Of a DNA stretch of 64,000 nucleotides, positions 18,431 to 27,144 are shown in pieces. The stretch is taken from the NCBI GenBank assembly GCA_018396865.1, contig JAGTRB010000001.1, positions 133,970 to 197,969 on the forward strand, read 5' to 3'. The notes under the pieces are model-generated. The model did not search any database. It saw only the letters and a list, made by a program, of their open reading frames with translations, and was not told the DNA's origin. Positions within the stretch are counted from its first letter, which is position 1. The number at the start of each line of letters is the position of its first letter. The position numbers and the translations under genes were made by a program. The stretch is from Candidatus Bathyarchaeota archaeon (GTDB lineage: Archaea > Thermoproteota > Bathyarchaeia > TCS64).

Positions 18431-18754
18431 ATGATTGAAATCAAACCCCTCGAGACGCGGTCCAGAACCGCATTAGGTCTCGAGATAAGAAACCCAGAGG
18501 CGCCTGAAAAGCCAGCCATCATAGTGGTGATAGCGAGGAGGGGCCTATTGGTCTGCGGAAACTTCGATATAGATGAACTTGAAAAGAGGAATGTAACTGC
18601 AGCTAGAATAGTCGGCTTAACAAAAATTGAAGATGTTCTGCAGAGAGATGTTGTTTCTGTAACATCACGAGCTGAGGCGTTGGGCGTTGTTTCTGGAATG
18701 TCTTGGAGCGAAGCTTTCGAAAAAATGAATGTCAAAATCAATGAAAAAAGATGA
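18431..18754 (+). CDS. DUF1805 (YunC-like) family protein
   Basis: LLVCGNFDIDELEKRNVTAARIVGLTKIEDVL...GMSWSEAF resembles DUF1805 consensus. Confidence 0.4.
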   Translation: MIEIKPLETRSRTALGLEIRNPEAPEKPAIIVVIARRGLLVCGNFDIDELEKRNVTAARIVGLTKIEDVLQRDVVSVTSRAEALGVVSGMSWSEAFEKMNVKINEKR

Positions 18755-19300
18755 GTGAAATTCATGATTCAAATCAAAATCACCGATAAAACCCCCTGTC
18801 TCCTTGAACCAAGAAAACTCCAGATAACCGCCCAGGCTAATGAATCCTTAAATGAGATCATCCCCATACTCTATTTGGCTATACCGCAATCGCAGTATTC
18901 GAAGGCTTTCGGCTCCATAACCTTCCTATTGGAGGGAAAGCTTGTAACAGTTTACTCTTCAGGGAGAATCAATCTTGGCTGCGTTTTTAGAGAGGAGATC
19001 GCAGTAAAACTTCTAGAAAAATTAAAAAATTTACTTATCAAAGCTTTAGAGTATTATGAAAAGTATGGTACTCCAGACCTCAAGCTCTTAGATATTAGAA
19101 AAAAGCTTAACCCAATTGAAATATACAGTCATCTACCAAAAACAAACTGCAAAGAATGCGGTGAACAGGGATGCTTCGCCTTTGCTGCAAAACTCGCAAA
19201 CGGAAAAAAAACCTTACAAAATTGCCCCCAAATTCAATTACCCCAATACAGTAAAAACAAGGCATACCTAGAGAAAATGTTGCAACCTATAAAATTATAA
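18755..19300 (+). CDS. Uncharacterized N-domain fused to RnfB/AcsC-type Fe-S cluster domain (PF04060-like)
   Basis: C-terminal LPKTNCKECGEQGCFAFAAKLANGKKTLQNCP (CxxCx4Cx16C); paralog of 23978 gene. Confidence 0.55.
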   Translation: MKFMIQIKITDKTPCLLEPRKLQITAQANESLNEIIPILYLAIPQSQYSKAFGSITFLLEGKLVTVYSSGRINLGCVFREEIAVKLLEKLKNLLIKALEYYEKYGTPDLKLLDIRKKLNPIEIYSHLPKTNCKECGEQGCFAFAAKLANGKKTLQNCPQIQLPQYSKNKAYLEKMLQPIKL

Positions 19301-19352
19301 GATAATTCGTGATAAAGATGCTTGATCTGAGTGGAAAGGGGAAAAAGGTAAA

Positions 19353-19742
19353 ATGATGAGTATGCCAAAAATAGGGATTGTTGCATGCAACAGTGGTGCT
19401 TCAAACACAGGATACCTAACTGGGTTGGCTGCACTTAAAGCTGTTAGGATTTTTGGAAGTGAGAAGGTTGGAATCTGCTCATTGCCTGCATTGGCTAACA
19501 ACACTCCAAGACAAACAATGCTTACTAAAAAAATCGAACATCTTATCGTTATTGATGGTTGCCGCAATGAATGTGCAAGAAGAATATTAGACAGTTTAGG
19601 AATTAAATATGAAAATTACTTAAATCTTGAATATGATCTTCAAATCAAAAAATTGGGACCATTTACAACCATGAATTATTCCATAAAAGATCTTGAAAAA
19701 GTTTCTTCAGCAATTATAAAAAAGATACAAGAGATATATTAG
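19353..19742 (+). CDS. DGC-domain protein (putative zinc-binding)
   Basis: IVACNSGAS...IDGCRNECAR motif, 129 aa. Confidence 0.6.
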   Translation: MMSMPKIGIVACNSGASNTGYLTGLAALKAVRIFGSEKVGICSLPALANNTPRQTMLTKKIEHLIVIDGCRNECARRILDSLGIKYENYLNLEYDLQIKKLGPFTTMNYSIKDLEKVSSAIIKKIQEIY

Positions 19743-19996
19743 CTTGGAATTAAATCTATGAGAAAATGGTATTTGCTAAGTCTTCTCATATTTAAAAAAT
19801 ATAAGAATAATGCCTTTCAACATTAATTAAATAATAAAATTAGCTAACTTACTTACAAAGAACGAAAGTTATGATAAAGATGTGTTAGACTTCGAAGGAT
19901 AAAAAGAAGTTCTTTTTACTTACAATCTGTAATAAAGTTTCAAATTATAACAAAATGTATATAAAAGCCCATTTTTAATTTTTTTGAGGGTTTATT

Positions 19997-21472
19997 TTGT
20001 CTGTTGAAGTCTTTCTTTCCTTTTTAAGGAACCCTCTGATAAGACCTATGATTCGCTCTTCTATATCTCCTAAAAATAGGAGAAACTATTTAGAATCTGC
20101 ATTAAATGGCTTAGTTGGAAACAAGACTTCATATTCTTTGAATGAAATTATTTTCTCAAGAATAATTGGTTTGGTTCTAAATCTTGGATTTTTGGCTTTC
20201 GATATCGATAAAAAAGATGCTATCAACTCCCTTAAAATCCCATACTTTAGAAACGGTCTATTTAATGTTCTAGATAGTATAGGTAAATATGGTGTAAATA
20301 AACCCTTAGTACTTTCAGCACCCTTTCTTGTTGTCTGGAACTATACTAATGCCTGTAATCTTAAGTGTAAGCATTGCTATCAAAGCGCGGATAAGCCTTC
20401 CCCAGACGAGCTAACAACGGAAGAGAGTTTTAGGATCGTTGATCAGTTAAGCGAAAGCAAAGTCTCAGCCATTGCATTCTCCGGAGGAGAGCCTTTAATT
20501 AGGGAAGACCTCTTTAGAGTCGCTAGATATGCCCACGATAGGGGTCTCTACGTCTCAATAGCCACAAATGGAACCTTACTAACTGATAATGTGGTGGAGG
20601 AACTTAAGCAGAGTCGTGTTGACTACATAGAGATAAGCCTAGATTCATCAAGGGAAGAGAACCACGATACATTCAGGGGTGTGAGAGGAGCCTTTAAAAG
20701 AACAATGGAGGGAATAAAAAATGCTGTAGAAAAAGGATTTTATACATGCATAGCCATAACCGCTACAAAAAATAACATTAATGAAATTCCTGATATGATT
20801 GACATCGCTAAAAAAATCGGTATTAAGAGAGTTATAGTTTTCAATTTCATACCCACAGGAAGAGGTAAAGAAATCGAAGATCTTGACCTATCTCCAATAG
20901 AAAGGGAAGATCTTCTTAAATACTTATATATGGAGCTAGTTGAGGGGCGAATAGAGGTCCTATCCACAGCTCCACAATACTCAAGGGTATGTTTGCAGCA
21001 GTCCATCGCAACCAGGAGGGGTTTCCTCGCTCCGACCCATTTCGCGGCTCTCGACCTCCATGGGAGAACAAAGAGGTTAGCAGACTTCATAGGGGGATGC
21101 GGTGCAGGAAGGCTTTACTGCGCAATCCAGCCCAACGGCCAAGTAACTCCCTGCGTCTTCATGCCCATAGTTGTTGGCGATCTCAGGAAGCAAAGCCTAA
21201 GGGAAGTTTGGCTGAACTCAGGGGTTATGAACGACCTAAGAGACAGAAAAAGACTAAAAGGAAGATGTAGAAACTGCAAGTATAGAGATCTCTGCGGTGG
21301 ATGTAGAGCCAGGGCATACGCATATTATGGAGACTATTTAGCACCAGACCCAGGATGTATAAGGGAATTGGAAGAGCCAAGCACCCAGTTTTCAATTATC
21401 TCAGCAAAACCTTCAATAACAGTTTCTTCTTCTAGAAATCCAAATTTAAAAGATAATATTTTCTCGATGTAA
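19997..21472 (+). CDS. Radical SAM enzyme with C-terminal SPASM domain and ~110-aa N-terminal extension
   Basis: CNLKCKHC (CX3CX2C), GGEPL; SPASM clusters CGAGRLYCAIQPNGQVTPC and CRNCKYRDLCGGCRARAY; TTG start, alt ATG 20048. Confidence 0.8.
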   Translation: MSVEVFLSFLRNPLIRPMIRSSISPKNRRNYLESALNGLVGNKTSYSLNEIIFSRIIGLVLNLGFLAFDIDKKDAINSLKIPYFRNGLFNVLDSIGKYGVNKPLVLSAPFLVVWNYTNACNLKCKHCYQSADKPSPDELTTEESFRIVDQLSESKVSAIAFSGGEPLIREDLFRVARYAHDRGLYVSIATNGTLLTDNVVEELKQSRVDYIEISLDSSREENHDTFRGVRGAFKRTMEGIKNAVEKGFYTCIAITATKNNINEIPDMIDIAKKIGIKRVIVFNFIPTGRGKEIEDLDLSPIEREDLLKYLYMELVEGRIEVLSTAPQYSRVCLQQSIATRRGFLAPTHFAALDLHGRTKRLADFIGGCGAGRLYCAIQPNGQVTPCVFMPIVVGDLRKQSLREVWLNSGVMNDLRDRKRLKGRCRNCKYRDLCGGCRARAYAYYGDYLAPDPGCIRELEEPSTQFSIISAKPSITVSSSRNPNLKDNIFSM

Positions 21473-21546
21473 TAGAAATGAGTATTGAAAGCTTCAAATC
21501 AATTATACCTCTTATTTATGAAATCTCTTTTCAGGAGTTTATCTCT

Positions 21547-21948
21547 CTATATAATTTTTATGAGTAGCTGAATATTTTTCATCACTTCAGACCTTGAAAC
21601 ACTATAGAAGGTCCATTTTCCCTTTCTCCTTTTCTCGATCAAACCAGCATTTTCAAGTATATTTAAATGATGAGAAATATTAGACTGTGAAATATTTAAT
21701 ATCATCACGATCTCACAGACACACAAATCATATATATTTAAAAGACTTAAAATTTTTATCCTTGTAGGATGTGATAATGCCTTAAAAACTCTACTAACGT
21801 TCCTTACCTTCTCTTTAATACTAAAAACGTCATCTTTAAGTTCTCTCAATCTTTCTTTATATTCATCTAAGTCCTTAATATCGAGTAAACCGGACTCAAC
21901 CAATCTTTTTAATTGTTCATCTATAGCAAAATCTTTCAACAATTTCAA
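21547..21948 (-). CDS. arsR: ArsR/SmtB-family metalloregulator
   Basis: ALSHPTRIKILSLL...CVCEIVMILNISQSNISHHLNILENAGLI winged HTH with CVC metal site. Confidence 0.75.
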   Translation of the reverse strand: MKLLKDFAIDEQLKRLVESGLLDIKDLDEYKERLRELKDDVFSIKEKVRNVSRVFKALSHPTRIKILSLLNIYDLCVCEIVMILNISQSNISHHLNILENAGLIEKRRKGKWTFYSVSRSEVMKNIQLLIKII

Positions 21949-22213
21949 GAGTTCCCCCTATCATGGTCAACCACCTCCAGCTAATAAATAAATGAATTTA
22001 AATATTTTGATTTAATGGAGTGGAGTTTCAAAGGGATCCTTTCTTTCCCATACCTCTTAACTGCTAATAATCCTTGAGTTATGAGGGCTTCCCCGCTCGA
22101 ATGGAAGACATGAATCAAAAAATTTAAATATTTCGATTTGAGCTTGAAGCGAAGGATGTCAAATAAAAGAGAAAGACGCGAAGATTATGTCTTTAAGGAT
22201 GGAGGTGTCGTTG

Positions 22214-22573
22214 ATGGAAAGGGTTAGGGTTGAAATTTATGAGGGGGATCCCTTCGTGGGCTGCTGCGGGCCTAGAATAGCCTCTAAGGAGGATGTTGAT
22301 AGGCTGAGAAATATGCTTACTGAGAGAAACCACATAATAAAAGCCTTGAAAGAAGAATTTAAGGACAAGATAGAGATTGAGAGGGATATAATAAGCACTC
22401 GAAGGCGGCTTGAAACATATCCAAGGCACATCTATAAGCTTCTAGTAGCTGGCATAAAGGTGCCATTCGTCGTTATAGAAGGCCAGCTCGCCCTAGAGGG
22501 GGAATTCCCCAACCTCGAGGAATTCAGGAGCCTCATAAAAGAGCATATTGATAAGCGTCATAAAAGCCCCTAA
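22214..22573 (+). CDS. ArsD-like arsenical metallochaperone/repressor family protein
   Basis: VEIYEGDPFVGCCGP vicinal Cys near N-terminus like ArsD Cys12-Cys13; ~120 aa thioredoxin-like fold pattern. Confidence 0.5.
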   Translation: MERVRVEIYEGDPFVGCCGPRIASKEDVDRLRNMLTERNHIIKALKEEFKDKIEIERDIISTRRRLETYPRHIYKLLVAGIKVPFVVIEGQLALEGEFPNLEEFRSLIKEHIDKRHKSP

Positions 22574-22594
22574 ATTTAAAACGCTGGTGGTATT

Positions 22595-22876
22595 ATGAAG
22601 AAGGTTGTCGCTGAGGTGCTTGGTCCAAACCCACCATGTTATAGATGCATGGAGCTTAAGAAAAACGTCGAGGCTGCTGCTAAGAGGCTTGTAGCTGAGG
22701 GGATAGAGGTCGAGGTGAAGAGGCTCGACATAATTTCGAGGGAGGCCATCAGGAGGTATGGCCTGCTTCTCTCCCCAGCGTTAACGGTTAACGGGGTTGT
22801 CGTGACCATGGGCTGGATACCAGACGAGGAGGTCGTCGAGGAGATCCTGAGGGAGGCTGCAGATAAGCGATCATGA
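22595..22876 (+). CDS. Thioredoxin-like redox-active disulfide protein (Thioredoxin_3 type)
   Basis: 93 aa, CxxC as PPCYRC, LTVNGVVV pattern. Confidence 0.65.
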   Translation: MKKVVAEVLGPNPPCYRCMELKKNVEAAAKRLVAEGIEVEVKRLDIISREAIRRYGLLLSPALTVNGVVVTMGWIPDEEVVEEILREAADKRS

Positions 22877-22885
22877 GGTGAGAGT

Positions 22886-23917
22886 TTGAATAGTATTCGA
22901 CTCCTCCGAACCGGTCTTCTGCTGGGCTTTGTATTGGCTGTCTTCGGAGCCCTGATCTATTCTAGGATTATGGCATACTCCCTAGCGCCAACCATGAAGC
23001 CAGCCCACTTCCAGGGGCTGAGCCCCTGGGAAATACCCTTGGCATACATCATAGATTATCTAAGCCATGGTTGGCTCTGCCTGCTCTTCGCCTTCGTTGC
23101 CGCGGGCCTCGTCTACGAGTTTATGCCAAAGGAGGTGATCACCAAGTATATGGGCAGCAGCAAAGCCATGGGATACGCTTTAGGTGCGGGTATCGCGCCC
23201 TTCTTCACGGTCTGTTCATGCACCATGGTACCGCTATTCGCAGGCATACTTTACACCGGCTCAGGGATCGGTCCAGCCATAACCTTCCTCTTGACGGCTC
23301 CAGCAGCTAACATATTAACAATCCTACTTACAGGAGAAATCCTATCATGGGAGTTGGCCATCGTCCGAGTGATAGCATCCCTTACAACCGCTGTCGCAGC
23401 TGGTCTAATAATCTCGAAAACACCCTGGGGAAAGACCGTCGAGGAGGAGCATCAACTCACCAGCCAAAATCCTCAATATAATGTTCAGATCGTAAAGCCG
23501 CTTTTAGATGAGAGATTATTGGCAGCATTAAAGTTTAGCAGCTACCTTGCGAAGAGGATCCTACCCTACTTTTTCCTAGGCCTTGTGGTGGTCAGCTATG
23601 TTGAGGCTTACATGGCTGAAGAGGTTGTAGCCACATACCTTACTGGGATCAGCGGAATACTCCTTGCCTCCGTCATAGGTGGACCACTATATACGCCCAC
23701 CCTTGTTGAGATAGTCCTAGGAAGGGGCCTGATGGACCTAGGGATGTCAAAGGCAGCGATGCTCTCTTGGCTGATGGGCCAACCATACGATATCCCCAAC
23801 ATGATCGCAACCTCCAGGATAGTGCGTTGGAAGGTCGTTCTGACCTACGCAGTAATAGCGTGGATCTTCAGCGTCACATTCGGCTTAACTTACGGCCTTC
23901 TCTCGAGATCCTTATAA
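22886..23917 (+). CDS. Predicted permease of the DUF318/ArsP-like family
   Basis: Multi-TM 343 aa with conserved TVCSCTMVP Cys motif; TTG start. Confidence 0.65.
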   Translation: MNSIRLLRTGLLLGFVLAVFGALIYSRIMAYSLAPTMKPAHFQGLSPWEIPLAYIIDYLSHGWLCLLFAFVAAGLVYEFMPKEVITKYMGSSKAMGYALGAGIAPFFTVCSCTMVPLFAGILYTGSGIGPAITFLLTAPAANILTILLTGEILSWELAIVRVIASLTTAVAAGLIISKTPWGKTVEEEHQLTSQNPQYNVQIVKPLLDERLLAALKFSSYLAKRILPYFFLGLVVVSYVEAYMAEEVVATYLTGISGILLASVIGGPLYTPTLVEIVLGRGLMDLGMSKAAMLSWLMGQPYDIPNMIATSRIVRWKVVLTYAVIAWIFSVTFGLTYGLLSRSL

Positions 23918-23977
23918 AAAATCATATATAAATGAAAGAGGAAATAAATATTAAAAGAGATATGGTTTGATAAAGGA

Positions 23978-24613
23978 ATGAGTGAGATAGATATTTTCAA
24001 GAAGATGCTGGAGGCAGAGGAGAGGAGAAAGAGGAGAGAGAAATCACTAGTCAACGTTATAGAGATAAGGAAGGTCCTCCCCTGCCTTACAACCCCTGGC
24101 TACATCAGGTTCGAAGCCATGGCTGATAGAGAAATTGGGGAGGTCATCCCCCTGATCTTCCTCCAGTTCCCTCCTGGAAGGTCACACTACAACCCGGCCG
24201 AGGGGACGCTGACCCTGAACATCTATAATAGGATGATAACCCTCCACCCGGACGGAAGGGTCGCCGTCACCAATACAAGGGACCTCGAGGAGGCGGGGGA
24301 GGTTCTCGAGAAGATCAAGTCCTTCATTAACAAGGCCTACTCAACATATTTACGAACCGGGCCGCCAGGCGAGGATGCGGTGGAGGCAGCCATGAAGATC
24401 TCATGGATGGACATATACCAACACCTCCCGAAGACCAACTGCGGAGAATGCGGATACCCAACATGCCAAGCCCTGGCTCTCAAGGCTCTGCTAGGTGAGG
24501 CCAAGCTCTCCCAATGTCCAAGGCTGACAGAGGCTAAATATCTCTCCTCTCGGAATGGGCTGAAAAGGGATCTCGGCCCATTCTTAGCCAAAACCTTGGG
24601 ATTGGATATATAA
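23978..24613 (+). CDS. Uncharacterized N-domain fused to RnfB/AcsC-type Fe-S cluster domain (paralog of 18755)
   Basis: LPKTNCGECGYPTCQALALKALLGEAKLSQCP; N-domain aligns with 18755 protein. Confidence 0.55.
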   Translation: MSEIDIFKKMLEAEERRKRREKSLVNVIEIRKVLPCLTTPGYIRFEAMADREIGEVIPLIFLQFPPGRSHYNPAEGTLTLNIYNRMITLHPDGRVAVTNTRDLEEAGEVLEKIKSFINKAYSTYLRTGPPGEDAVEAAMKISWMDIYQHLPKTNCGECGYPTCQALALKALLGEAKLSQCPRLTEAKYLSSRNGLKRDLGPFLAKTLGLDI

Positions 24614-25051
24614 CCATATTGAAATATAGAAGTGAATCATGATTATCTCAATCAATAGAATTCATGATGAATCATGATCATCTTCATCAACTTTTCCATA
24701 CCATCGCTCTAAGAATCTCTCAGTAATCGTGAGGCCCTCCCAGCCCTGCTTAGGGCGTCCTCGGCGTCAGCCTCAGTGAATCTCTCCAATGGAGGGACCC
24801 TCCTCTCCGAGTCTCCATAGGTTACACGGCCGTGCTCTGGGGCGAGGCGCCTTCGTCATTGAGGCAAGCATATCTAGCTCTTCAATGAAATGGATCCCAA
24901 GCCTCTCGACGATGCATTCCCTATTCTCCACGAGCACTTCCCTCACCTCAGAGCTAGGATTATGGCTCCAGCTCCGAATCCCGCACATCAGTTAGTCCTA
25001 TTTTGTAAGAAACTTTATTTATCAGATTAATTTATTTTCTGATGATGCTTC

Positions 25052-25306
25052 ATGGTTGAGAAGATTAGGGTTGGAGTTCGAGGGCAGGTGGTCATCCCTA
25101 GAAGGCTTAGGAAAAAACTGAAGCTTGAACATGGAACCATCCTTATGGTGGAGGAGACCGGGGATGGGCTCCTCTTAAGGCCGTATGAACCTGTGAAGGA
25201 GATGAAAGGGCTGGGGAGGGGAATCTTCGGAGACCCGATTAAATATCAGAGGAGAATCCGAGAAGAGTGGGGTGCAAAAAAGCTTGAGGATCGCGTTGGA
25301 CACTAA
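25052..25306 (+). CDS. vapB: AbrB/MazE-family (SpoVT/AbrB swapped-hairpin) antitoxin
   Basis: KIRVGVRGQVVIPRRLRKKLKLEHGTILMVEE; overlaps downstream PIN gene. Confidence 0.6.
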   Translation: MVEKIRVGVRGQVVIPRRLRKKLKLEHGTILMVEETGDGLLLRPYEPVKEMKGLGRGIFGDPIKYQRRIREEWGAKKLEDRVGH

Positions 25307-25697
25307 CATACTCATATATTTTCTTGAGGGGATAGAGCCCTACTCTAGTAGGGTTGAGAGCCTCATGAACTCCTTCATGAAGGGAGACAACGAGGGGATA
25401 ATCTCAACGATAAATGTCGCAGAGATCTTGACAGGATTCTATACATCAGGGGATGAAGATGGAGCAGCAAAGACGAAGATGCTCCTCACAGACCTCACTC
25501 TAAACAATTTTGAGATAGTCCCAGTCACCTTTGATATCTCCGATCTAGCCGCAAAGCTTAGGGCGAAGAGGGGAGGAAGGCTGCCCGATGCATTGATTGT
25601 AGCCACGGCGATAAACCGAGGAGCTGAGATTTTATTCTCTAATGATGAGGACATCAAAAGGTTCGAAGAGGATATTAAGGTTTCAAAACTCGAATAG
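25272..25697 (+). CDS. vapC: PIN-domain toxin (VapC-like)
   Basis: IALDTNILIYFLEG, VAEILTG, DALIVATA, FSNDED acidic residues. Confidence 0.7.
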   Translation: MQKSLRIALDTNILIYFLEGIEPYSSRVESLMNSFMKGDNEGIISTINVAEILTGFYTSGDEDGAAKTKMLLTDLTLNNFEIVPVTFDISDLAAKLRAKRGGRLPDALIVATAINRGAEILFSNDEDIKRFEEDIKVSKLE

Positions 25698-26060
25698 AGC
25701 TGGATACCTTAAAACTCCATAGCTCCACATATCAAAAGATAATTTATAGATCGTGTAGGGTGAGTAGGTCTATATTACTGTGCAAGTCTGCCCCTACCTA
25801 GCCATGGGTCCAAGAAGACCAAACCCTCAAATTATCCCTTCGATCCCTCCCTAGCTGTGGGGGCTAGATCCCCCTTAGGTTCATCATCCTACCGAGTAGC
25901 AAGCCCGTATTGCCCGGGATTTATATTTAGGAATCTTACTCTTCCGAAGATCAACCACACCTATGATCCCCAGCCGATTAAGGCTCAAACCGCAATGATT
26001 TGTCTTATAGCCCATTAACAAGTTTATGAGAGAGTGGAATTCTCCTTTAATGCCGGAGAC

Positions 26061-26969
26061 ATGAAGGCCCGAATTCATCTACTGGCTTTAATCCCTATCG
26101 TCCTTATAACGGCTCGAATCGTCGTTATTTACCCAGGAAACCTTGCTCATGGAGCTGATTGGGTTGAGATGGAGGTCAGCTCTTCCGTGTATGGTGTCAT
26201 CGATGGTGACACCTTCGACACCTTCCCGGTTGGCCGTGTCAGGTTGGCTGACGTAAACGCCCCGGAGCTGGGGGAACCTGGGGGAGCTGCGGCGAAAGAG
26301 GCCTTGAAGGGGCTTATCCTCAACTCTAGAGTCTATCTAGATGTGGATGATGTGGGGGTGATGGATAGATATAATAGGCTTGTCTGCGTGGTCTACAGGA
26401 GATACAATTCAACCCACCTGTTGAATGTGAACAAGTGGCTTGTGGAAAACCATTACGTCGAGGTCATCGACTACCCGAACGAGTTCAATCCCCACACCTG
26501 GAGCCTCTACATCTATTATCCCGAGACTAAACTTCCAGAGGGTTACGACCAACTCCTCCAGAATTATATGAGTTTGGAGTCGGATTACTTGAACCTGAAT
26601 GCCGAAGCTGAAAAGTTGAATATGGAATTTGAAAAATTAAAAATTGAATATAGTTCTCTCAGAGAAGTATTTGAAAAATTAAACTCGACATATAGTGATT
26701 TGATAGAAAAATATAATGATTTGGTCTTAAAATATGATAAAATTAAAGGTGATTATGATGCTCTTCAATCATCATATAACAGTTTTAAGTTAGATTATAG
26801 TTCATTAAAAAATATGTACGAAAAAACGAGAATAGAAAATGAGAAATTAGCTTCACAACTAAATGTTTATATGATGTTAACATACCTATTTTTAGGTACA
26901 ACGTTAATGTTTGGATTTTCAACGGTCTACCTTCTAAGGAAGAGGTCTAAAAAGGCTCATATGAGATGA
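26061..26969 (+). CDS. Thermonuclease (SNase-like) family protein with N-terminal signal anchor, coiled-coil stalk and C-terminal TM
   Basis: VIDGDTFD...VRLADVNAPE SNase motifs; repeated heptad/11-mer Y/L-rich coiled coil 26560-26880; C-term MMLTYLFLGTTLMFGFSTVYLL TM. Confidence 0.6.
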   Translation: MKARIHLLALIPIVLITARIVVIYPGNLAHGADWVEMEVSSSVYGVIDGDTFDTFPVGRVRLADVNAPELGEPGGAAAKEALKGLILNSRVYLDVDDVGVMDRYNRLVCVVYRRYNSTHLLNVNKWLVENHYVEVIDYPNEFNPHTWSLYIYYPETKLPEGYDQLLQNYMSLESDYLNLNAEAEKLNMEFEKLKIEYSSLREVFEKLNSTYSDLIEKYNDLVLKYDKIKGDYDALQSSYNSFKLDYSSLKNMYEKTRIENEKLASQLNVYMMLTYLFLGTTLMFGFSTVYLLRKRSKKAHMR

Positions 26970-27059
26970 GATCAAAGAAGCTCTACCTTAACCATCTCAA
27001 AGGGATCCCTCCATCCCCCATTAAACCAATCCTTCCAACCTGACTTCAGCCTCCCCCTT

Positions 27060-27144
27060 AAAGTTGATTCTTGAAGGAAGACTCCCCTGCTCTTCCACTT
27101 CACCGGCTAGATGGATCAATAGATAAAAGTTGATTCTTGAAGGA
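27060..27144. repeat. Two identical 19-nt direct repeats AAAGTTGATTCTTGAAGGA (27060-27078 and 27126-27144) in a non-coding region
   Basis: Exact match read directly from sequence; 66-nt spacing. Confidence 0.6.

Noticed and set aside
24773-24995. Overlapping sense/antisense ORFs (71 and 68 aa) in the 24614-25051 intergenic region
   Set aside because: Mutually antisense, no recognisable motifs. Region may carry promoter for the AbrB-PIN pair; treated as non-coding.
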